This document shows, in pieces, positions 54,031 through 64,000 of a stretch of 64,000 nucleotides of DNA (its first letter is position 1; every line of letters starts with the position of its first letter). The DNA is taken from positions 8,122,001 to 8,186,000 of the forward strand of contig NC_092671.1 of assembly GCF_964355755.1 (NCBI RefSeq). Reading direction: 5' to 3'. This DNA comes from Antedon mediterranea. Its lineage: Eukaryota; Animalia; Echinodermata. The notes under the pieces are model-generated. The model worked only from the letters and a program-made list of their open reading frames with translations. It did no database searches and had not been told where the DNA came from. The position numbers were made by a program, and so were the translations under genes.

Positions 54031-57000
54031 ATTCTGCAATAGTTAAACAAATGTCCTCAACCGATATGTCCGGAAAAAAAACGTAGTCCTATATATCCAA
54101 TATTAAAAAGCATCTGAGAAAGTAACAGATTAATATAAAATAAAGACAATGGAAACCATCTGATAATTTCCTCAATATATGATATAAATAAACGTAAATT
54201 ATGAAATTCTGATGACTTTAATTAAACTAATACATGCTTTCTCTATTATAGTAACATTAGCGAGGGAAAAAATGTTGAGTCACCTTAGGACAGGTGCTGT
54301 TGAACTTATTAACTACAATGGAAGGATTTGTAATATTGTTACATTTTGTATGTATATAATACTGAATAAAATCAGATGGCTTATATATTACATGGACTTC
54401 AGTTTGATAGAATATCGGAATTGTTTATTTCAATGTCGATACAATTCAACTTCAACTGCTTAACCATGGAAAAAGAAAGAAATTTAACAGTGTTATGTAT
54501 AATTATTTTGAATAAACTGGGAAAGTTTAACTTATGTAATATGCTATAATTATAACGTTATCAGTGTGGAGTGGAACATGGTTTACTATCATGATGTATT
54601 GAAAAATAATATAAAACAGTAGCCTAAGCCTATTAGAGGTTTAGATCGCACTATTCAATTACTCACGTCTTTCGAATGAGACGTTAGGTTCCGTAGAGTT
54701 CAGTTTCAATTGGTGCGTAATCCAGATCAACATAACTAAAACTTGCTGAAAAAATTGCTATTAATTGTCTTAATCAAAGACCCTAAAGAAAGACGAGCTA
54801 TGGGTATTTAATGTACACCATTATCATTAACTTTCATTAGGCCTATGTTGTTTTATTAACAATCTTGTGAGTAACACTAGATTCATAACAAAATTCATAG
54901 CCTGATAAGTTATTCTTTGATTAATCTTGATGAAGCTTATCTTGAAACTTTTCATAATGTACGCGGGCCTACGATGAGAATATGTAATGTTGTTAGGCCT
55001 AGAGTCCCCAGGGACCGGGTAGCATTAAAAGACAAAGGGTAACCGTCGGCATTCGAACGAATATTGCGCCCGTCAACAAATTTCCCGCTTGGCTGCGCAT
55101 TCAGTGTTGCTGTTTGTCGGATGGGGACACGAAGCAAATAATTTAAAATGGAAATAGTAGCTGTAAAAAGGAATAATTGGCCATTAGTATGAACGTAGAA
55201 TACAGTCTCAACAAACACGATCATCTTTTCAACATTTGACAAGTGATAATGTGATTCAAATATTGCAATTTTATATGAAATGTATTTAGATTTTTATGAG
55301 TTGTTTGCTCTTAAGAAAACATTTACTCGGATTAAACAGAAAGCCAAGCAATTTAATATTTTAAATTGCTTATAAATATGGAATAAAGTTAACTGAAAAA
55401 ATGCAAAAATATGTAATTTTACTAGATAAACACCATTATTATGAAATATATTACTATTTGACAAACATATTTGCTGATTAAAAGGAATAAAAGGGAAACA
55501 AATTATTTATAATGTATTACTGTAATATAATAATAGTGATGATAATAATAATGTTTTTGTTATGACACAGTTATAATTAGTCTTTTTAAAAGATTAATGA
55601 TTTAATCTTAATATCTTAATCTTATCTTTAATCTTAATATCTGGCTTCTAACGTTAGGATAATATAACTTTCCAGAAACTGGGTTTCTCTACATGAGTGG
55701 ATGAAATCAATACTGCAATTCGTTTTTCCTGGATTTTTTTTGTTTGTACAGGATCATCATGATTGTTTAACTTATAACAATGTTGTGGATAAAGATAACT
55801 CACTAAACGTTCTTAACATTTTGATTGAGATTTATCCCATGGGGAAATCGAGATCAATCATAAACCTCATAAAACTGAAATATATGGAGCATGTAAAATA
55901 TTGTTAAAAATAGACCTTGACCATGGACAACGACAATACAAGTGACTACATTTTATTAGTATCATGACCTGTAATTATAGTTTAATTGCACACAATATTT
56001 TGTTTAATGAACGTTTTAAACATGTTATCCGACACAACCGAGCAAGCTGAAACGCGTAAAGCGTCCTTGGTGGAGACACGGCGACGCGATCAGCGACGAA
56101 GCGTCAAAACGCGTTCTCGAAATAAAAGTCGTCCTCTTAAAACTTTCCTTCAACTTTTGTAAAACGCTTTCTTTTCTGCAAATGTGGTCAACAGTGATGA
56201 GAACAGTTGATGCAAATGGTTTATATGTCGTTCTCTTTATTCTTCTCATTCAGCAGGCCCATCAATTAGTCAGAGAGTTATACACACACTATAGTTCCAT
56301 ACTCGATTAGGCAGGCGAGAAATGTACACCAAGTGATAACAAATAGACAGAAACAGGAAAACGTCTCAATTTGAAGAACTGAAAGTAGCACATTCTAACA
56401 TACAAAAGAATTTTCTCATCAATCTATGGTGGAAATGATCGGTAGTTTCCGGTATTTTTATGTCTTCTTTCATTTGTTTTGTAAAGTTTTTGTTTGCTAT
56501 TTTCTAATTCATCATTCGAGATACGAAAATAGTATGTCACCGGTTAAACAATATCGCAATAGCTTTCGATTAATTTGTATTTAAGTATCGCCAGTTCATG
56601 ACTTGGTCTAATATTGTTCTCTATTTTAAATTCAGGCCACGGCCAGTTGCATGTCTTTATCAATGGTTGTTACGGTTTGTCTGTTACGTCAGTTTGTCGC
56701 CACCATAGAACTGACTTCGATCTTCGAGGAATTTAAAGTCTTTATAAATTAAATTTAATACATATTCAATTATATTTTAAATGTTCAATAATTGGGAATT
56801 TTGTATATGGCATTTGCATGACTGGCTCCTTTTTTTTTTCTATTTTTTAAAATATTTATTACTAAAATACAACGGTAAAAAATACCCGTAATTGTATCAC
56901 CAATGTTTGTCTATAATAGCTAAGACGTCAAAATATTAAAATAAACGAAAACCCTGAGAAATTTCTGAAAATAGCACTGTAAATTCAACAGAAAATAACA

Positions 57001-58829
57001 CAAAACCTACGCCACTGCAGCCAAGGCAGTCGGTTAAATAACTATATAATAATTTAGAATGACAGTCAAATCCGGGTAATTAGTCTCTGGGCTATTGGGC
57101 ATTATTTGAAAACGATTTGTTATTTGTCAATTACGTTTAATTAGTGGCAATTGTCCATTTAGCACTTCATTACGGCTATTACTCACTATACTATGTCATT
57201 GGTCTAATTGTATTAGATAAGCAACTTAACTTGATGACTTATAAGCGCACTTAAAGATCAGAAATTGATGTTCAAGATTATAATTCGAGTTTAATCTACT
57301 CTCGTTTACCAATGCCATATAAAACCTGATCTGTTAGTCTACGGTAATAATCCTTACAAATTACGTTTACACAACTCAGCGCTATTCTCAGGCTTTTAAA
57401 GCTAATCAACACTAACATCATTACGCCGCCTAATAGTTATTTGAATAGGTTTAAATTGTGCGAGTTTGATTTGTCTGGACAAATCATGTATTTAATTTAT
57501 CTCGTCCCCACCTCCGAGTGTGATTCAATAAATTAAACAAGAAAGTGGAGCGCGGTTTTTGTTAGCGCGAGATACTTCGGATGATCGAGCGGTCAACTAA
57601 AATCGCGCGTTAATCCGCAGACAACACGCAACTGATGGATGAGATGATTTAAATGGAAGATTTAACATCTTCTTGTCACCAAACACTTAACACGATGCTC
57701 AAACTGTATGATAGTGTACATTTAAGGAATCTAATCTTATCTTTTTATTGTTTTAATCGAAAATACTGTTTCACCTTTTACCAGAAAGAAACACGAACAG
57801 CCTACGATTAACGAGTGTAAAATATATTCTATAATTTAATCATGTAAAGTACAATGGCATATTGTATGAATTAGCAGAACATCTTTCAACTAACCTGTTA
57901 CTTTATTATTTTATTTTGAAGACGTACAGCACCATGACAAAAAAGTATTACAATCTCACTTTTAAAAACTGCAGAACAAATATTTCGTTGTAGGACTATC
58001 TTTGTATTATACAAAATATGTAAAAATGTATATAATGTATTAAATCTGCTAAAACCAAATGTTTGCTTTATTAAGTGGAGATCAATACTACGGTATAATG
58101 AAAACATTTATATTAAATCGTTTCATTTGAAATGTACGTAGTGGTATAAAAAGACTACTGTATTATAAAATAAGACTTCCGAAATGGTTTCATAGCCACA
58201 GGCGCTAGTGCACTCAGACAGCCCGACAGGAAAGCTAAATTCGAAAATCCATCCATCAAGCGAGCCTAACAAAGGCAAGCGGACATAGTTAAGAACGTGC
58301 TTTATACCGCCTATGAAAACGTACAATTATGGCTGATAGACCATTTGAATGTACAAACCGATTGTGAAATTTGTAGGATCAAACAAATCAATGTGTATTA
58401 GCGGTCGGCATTAGGCAACTGCTATACGTTTATTGAGTTAAAAAAAACACAGAGCGAATGTTTATTTACGCGCTGTTCTTCTCGGTTTAGCTGATCATAA
58501 GCCCTGCATTGTTAAGTTAACATACTGTTTGCTTTGCTCATCACGAGTTGTTTTCTCTTCCCTTTGTTGTTTATTGAATTAATACAAACATTAAACGTTT
58601 GTCGTAAGTAAACGAGCCACGGGCTATAGGCAACTCGAGAAAACAACTTCCTTGAAGTTCAAGCCGATAAGTTCGTTATTATGTAATTAAACCTACATTT
58701 TAGACGCAGCCATACATGTTAATTTACACAAAACAATATTGGATTCATCATATTTTATATACGTCAGGAAATGAATAGATAATTTATAAACTAAAAGAGA
58801 GTCTGCTTGAACAAATTTGTTAATAGTTA

Positions 58830-59794
58830 TGATATAAAAACAGGATGAACTAAACACAGACATACGCAGCTGCGGGTAACAGGCCAAAAAAAGAGAATGA
58901 AACTTAATGAACAGAAACTTATACATTTTAAAACATTCAAGAGCAAAATAAAATAATCAGTTCTAATTTGGTTTGCGGGGAGGCTGAACAAAAAAATAGA
59001 TGTTCCTAACACAACCTTACAATCATGGACCGCCGCGCCACCGCGCTGTCGACAGTGATATAAAAACAGGATGAACTAAACACAGAATTACGCAGCTGCG
59101 GGTAACAGGCCAAAAAAAGAGAATGAAACTTAATGAACAGAAACTTATACATTTTAAAACATTCAAGAGCAAAATAAAATAATCAGTTCTAATTCGGTTT
59201 GCGGGGAGGCTGAACAAAAAAAATAGATGTTCCTAACACAACCTTACAATCATGGACCGTGTTGAACCCACAAATGTGAAAACTCCCACAAATGTGAAAA
59301 CAACCACAAATGTGAAAACGCATCACCCATAAATGTGAAAACAACCACAAATGTAAAAACGCATCACCCACTAATGTGAAAACAGCGCCCACAAATGTAA
59401 AAATGATTATCGCCCACAAATGTGATACCGCCCACAAATGTAAAAAAAGAGAGACCTTTTCGCCCACAAATAAAAAAAAAATCAAATCAAATTTAGTGCT
59501 AGACTCAAACAATTTTGATCGAGTTAATATATATAAATATTGAGTTGTTTCAATACTTGTGTGTTCACGATAGACCTGTTAGGGTCGTCGTTAACGCGTT
59601 GGATTATTACCGTTTTCACATTTGTGGTCGTATTCACATTTGTGGTCGTTTTCACATTTGTGGTCGTTTTCATATTTGTGGGCGTTTTCACATTTGTGGG
59701 TGATACGTTTTCACATTTATGGTCGTTTTCACATTTGTGGGCGTTTTCACATTTGTGGGTTCAACAGACCGCCGCGCCACCACGCTGTCGACAG
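58830..59794. repeat. Recent 226-bp tandem duplication (copy 1 58830-59055; copy 2 59056-59794, interrupted by an insertion)
   Basis: TGATATAAAAACAGGATG...GCTGTCGACAG is present twice, with about 5 differences. Confidence 0.95.
59260..59766. mobile_element. 507-bp non-autonomous foldback DNA transposon, TGT...ACA termini, 5-bp TSD GACCG (Ginger2/TDD-like)
   Basis: TIR TGTTGAACCCACAAATGTGAAAA / TTTTCACATTTGTGGGTTCAACA. Subterminal arrays of CCACAAATGTGAAAA run in opposite orientation. GACCG at 59255-59259 and 59767-59771; the empty site is seen in copy 1. Confidence 0.88.
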
Positions 59795-60719
59795 TGCACC
59801 ATCCAAAGAATCATGGGAGTTACATGTTATGGTGCTAATCAATGAAAACATTGTACTTAAATGACTTAACTGCTTCAATATAGTTAGACTGAACTTTAAA
59901 AACTATGTATCAATATGAAGGCGTAATATGTTTTGCTTATTTATAGAATTTTAAATCATAAAATGATTATCAAATTGAAAATGGTCAGCTGAATAAGTGA
60001 CTGTGCCACCAAAAAAGTAAACTGGGACCTTAATTCATTACTATACCACTGAATCTACTGAACAAGTGTAACGATACACGCTCAATTTCATATTTACTTA
60101 TCTTTGTAACTACACTAACGGTAATGATGAGTGAATTAGGTAAGTGTACAATATTTATGCTTATTCGTCATTTTTTTGGATCTTTGTGTTGTTCAGTGAA
60201 TAGAGTTGGTGCTGTGTTTAATCACCGTATCCACAAGTCTATCTTATTACGTGTTAGAACTTGATGGAGCGACGCAGAAGTTCATCAATTTTATAATAAG
60301 AATTTCGTTACCAAATGAAGGAATTCCTTTTCAGCTTGCAGCATAAACAAATTTAAAATATACATTGTAAGATATACTTTAATATATACTCCTAGTAACC
60401 ATAGCCTGGTCTAATAACTGTTATTTAATTCAACTTATTATAAGCCCATGTATTTTTACTGTACAATAATTACCCGGTTGTACCACTATAACTCCGATGG
60501 ATGAATATCTAAAGTTTAAAAGCGAAGAAAAACAAAATTCAAAGACAGAGGATCACTTATTGGAGTATATTCAGTCACTTTGATTTTTCTTAAAGTTGAT
60601 ATTCTTTGAAAATATTGTTCTAAATTTTTTAAACTTTTTTTCTTTTTCTAAAAGCCTATATTCAAAAATGAATTTTTAATTTTTAATTTAATAAATATCG
60701 AACATATACTGCGGAAAAA

Positions 60720-61020
60720 ATTAAATCTTAAACATTTTTGGTTGAATATGCCATTTTGATGTCACATAATAGTTATTTATCCACTTTGACCAAAAAATTA
60801 GATTAAAAAAAATGTTTTTACCTGAAAAAATGTAATTTAAAGCAGGGAATATGTCAAATTTGCTGCCATTTAACCATTTATTTTGTTATTTTATAGGTGA
60901 AAACATTATTTCTTTTTTCCCTTTGGAAGTGATTAAAGTATTAAAACTACAAAATAACCTATTCAAAGTCTTCATTTTCCTGTTTTTTTTTGGGGGGGGG
61001 GGGGGACAATAAATCTTTAA
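60720..61020 (+). mobile_element. MITE family C copy
   Basis: GTTGAATATGCCATTTTGATGTCACATAA, CCACTTTGACCAAAAA, TTTACCTGAAAAAATGTAATTTAA and AAAATAACCTATTCAAAGTC, ending GGGGACAATAAATCTTTAA. Left boundary uncertain. Confidence 0.75.
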
Positions 61021-61074
61021 CCCATCCTAGTCCCTCATTGAAATTGGAGAACAAGCGAGTCAATTGAAGATAAA

Positions 61075-61145
61075 GAATTTAGAACAACGAAGGATTCGAA
61101 CCAACGTCCTTGAATTCAAGGAAAATGAAGCAACTACCACAATGT
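61075..61145 (-). mobile_element. Degenerate tRNA-like (SINE head) fragment
   Basis: Minus-strand B box GGTTCGAATCC at ~61092-61102; the A box and cloverleaf are poor. Confidence 0.35.
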
Positions 61146-63534
61146 TTGCTATATAGGTTACAATGGCCATGACCGGTGCTAGATACTATTCCCCCAGGAA
61201 ACTTACAACACTTACCCTTCCCTGAAAACGTCTGTTATTCATAGCTCATCACGTTCATCAAAAAGACATTAGGGGTTCTGTCGTCATGTACCGGTAACCG
61301 ACATCATTTGCAAATGAACGTAAAATAATAATGTTTAAATTACACTTGAGGTAAAGATGAAACAAGGACTACTATACAGCTTGTCTGACTCGCCTATAAT
61401 GCAATGAGCATGCACAAGAGATATTAATTTTATTAATCTTATTATCTGATCTTTTTAATCTTTCTTTTTTTTAATTTTATTTATCTATTTTTAATTATTT
61501 ATTCTCCTATATTTCTGATAATGTTGTTTCAACCCTACCATTAATCGTAATTAAGCCATGCTTGCAGTACGGTACTTAAAAATATTATTAAACATTTTAC
61601 AATACTAAAACATTGTTTTAAAGATAAATTGATTTTTTAATTTAATTGAAATTGAAATAATAGCCTATTATGATGCACGTAAACAGTATAAAAATGTTTT
61701 TCATAGTAAGAAAAAATATATATATTTATATATATTATTTCTTACTAGCAACCATGCAACAATAATATAAAATAATAATAAATTATATTAATTGCGATCA
61801 CTGTAAAACTAATGTTGTACAGTTTAATATATTTATAAATAGCGTATAATTATTATGATTAATATTTAAAAAAAATCAACAATGTTATCGTATAAGTTTA
61901 ATATTTTTTAAGTAGCATATAGCAAAATTATTTGAAACTTATCAACAATGTTACAGCTACTTTCACATCGAAATGTTGAGAAATGTTTCAAAGTGAGGGA
62001 ATTCCTAAATTCTGGTAAGTAAACTTAAGTTGGTGTTGGACGGCTTTTTCTTCGCTTCGTTAACGCAGTAACATATAGATGCCGCGATTAAACATACGAT
62101 CCTATTTTCAATTGTAGTAATATTATTATGTTATTGTTGTTTTTTTTTTATTTGTTTATTTTTTTGTGGTTTTTTGGTTTTTTTTTATGTAGTAAGAATC
62201 TAAATGTAAAATCGAAAAACGATGGACAAGGCTAAACAATATTCTTAGCCTATAGAGGGCATGTGACGAAATTCTGTTTAATGACACAGTGCGTATAACA
62301 CTAAATACAACATGTCATCAACCACAAAATAGGGTGGGGATGTATCATTCTATATCTAGTTAAATGTCAAAGTTGAAGGTCAAAGTTAAAGGTAAAATTT
62401 AGAGGGTTAACTGAATGTCACTATACCGCTGATTGTCTGCCGTGTACATGTGCATGTCATCACGATTTGCTTTCTTTGGTAACTTTGTTAGCAGACATGA
62501 GAATAATATTTAAAGATAGTTCGTTAAATATTTGACAGAGCCTCACAAGCGGTAGAACAAAGAGTGTGTGTTAAGTGGAGTGAGTGACGCCCGACGGATT
62601 TTACAAATAATCAAAACAAACAAAACACACTACGTATACATCCAGACCGAACCAAAATAAATCGAATGTTAGACCTTCCATGGATTATAAATACATAACG
62701 ACATATTTAAATATGGGAATATATTTGTAAATAGATATTATGAAAGATACGACGTGGATAAAATGAAAATATGAAACTAAAAGTGGATTTCTAGTTCGAA
62801 ACAACATCTTATTTGGTCCGGAAAGCTGATGCCTACATACAATAACTAATTAAATGTTACGTTATTAGGTAATAACGTTGAGCATTAAAACAAATACTTA
62901 GGACAGAACATCACATTATTTGTGGAAAATAAAATTCATTTAAAAAGGGACGGTCACACAGAATCATTGAATTATGATGTAACTCGTGTACAAACAGCAA
63001 ACAATAACAATTCCGTAAAAAAAATACTATAGAAAGAAAATTTATGAAGGTTAATTGTTTCTTTAACTATGTAACTTGAACTTATCTTTGTTGTTGTTGA
63101 TCGGCATCGGATTAAAAGTTTCAAGATGATTACATACGATGAGGGCGATATTATCGAAATGTCTAAAACTAACAACTAAATTGAAGTCAAATCAGAACGT
63201 TACAAATGTAAATAGTCCGCCCTCAATTTGAGGAGAAATATAAACCATATAAACTTGAAACTATACATTTCATTACAAATACTACACATAAATCGTACAT
63301 CAAATATAATGGGTAATGATGGTAATTAAACCGACGCTTCCTACCGACGCTTCCTATCCGCGATAACGTGGGTGGGTGTGGTAGGAGGTGTGGGTGGAGT
63401 AAGAGGTGTGCGTGGGGTAGGATGTGTGGTTCTGGTACTCAGCCAGACCCATTATTTAGACGCAAATTAAATTTAAGCAGATGTTATAGATACAACACAA
63501 TTAAGGTTATTAACAATTAATGAGAACATGCATT

Positions 63535-63693
63535 GAAGTTTAGTTTTAGTTTAAGTTTTAGTTTAAGTTTAGTTTAAGTTGTTTTCAAATTTTGTTTAAA
63601 TGTGCCGTAGGGCCCCTCGGAAGAGCATTTTTTTTTTATTACTGAGAGGGCTACCCTACTGAAAGAAAACGAAATAAAATAAAATAAAATAAA
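63535..63693 (+). mobile_element. Probable L2/CR1-type LINE 3' end
   Basis: (TTTAG/TTAAG)-rich tract, a stem-loop GTAGGGCCCCTCGG...CTGAGAGGGCTACCCTAC (63607-63659), then an (AAATA)n tail. Confidence 0.5.
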
Positions 63694-64000
63694 CAAACAC
63701 TAAACAATTTAATTTCCATATCAACACCTCGTAAGGTGATGTCACGTCATTGAAACTTTAAATCAACATTTTCTTTACATAAATGTACGTCTGTGTATAT
63801 AATTGACACCAATTCACACACATACTAAACACGTCGATTGTTAGTTTAACACGGACATTTGGCAAGCCGTTTATAAGGGCCGTATTCAAGTATTTACTTA
63901 ATTTTATCAAGAACTTTTGTCAATCTTAAGTTGATTTACTCACCAACATAAGAACACACAGGCTGCATAAGGCAGGCGGAAACCCTCAAAGTTATAGAGT

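Noticed and set aside
59189-59864. ORFs with RFHICG / FSHLW repeats
   Set aside because: Reading frames through the subterminal repeats of the foldback element; no transposase motifs.
63330-63430. G-rich tract and ACCGACGCTTCCT duplication (possible G-quadruplex)
   Set aside because: Irregular G-runs, probably a decayed repeat fragment; no support for function.

Overview
AT-rich (~30% GC by eye) animal genomic DNA containing the anterior part of a Hox cluster. Two intact two-exon homeobox genes lie on the + strand in the canonical order: Hox3 (exons 11373-11694 and 17312-17817, 275 aa) and Hox2 (exons 44665-45055 and 48915-49768, 414 aa), about 26.8 kb apart. The Hox3 homeodomain (KRNRTAF...KYKRD) looks ambulacrarian/echinoderm; the species cannot be read from the sequence. 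Both genes have the same CCAAT + GGTCACGTG proximal promoter module. Non-coding DNA holds three minisatellites (25/28, 67 and ~38 bp), several MITE families, a tRNA-derived SINE, LINE 3' tails, and a 507-bp TGT...ACA foldback element whose empty target site survives in an adjacent tandem duplicate. The most unexpected signal is at least 32 exact copies of the palindrome TAGGCCTA (under 1 expected by chance), together with TAGGCTA/TAGCCTA, TACCGGTA and TACCGTA/TACGGTA. These are the products predicted for repair of Tc1/mariner-type excision sites, which suggests a dense record of transposon footprints. All other ORFs in the supplied track look spurious.
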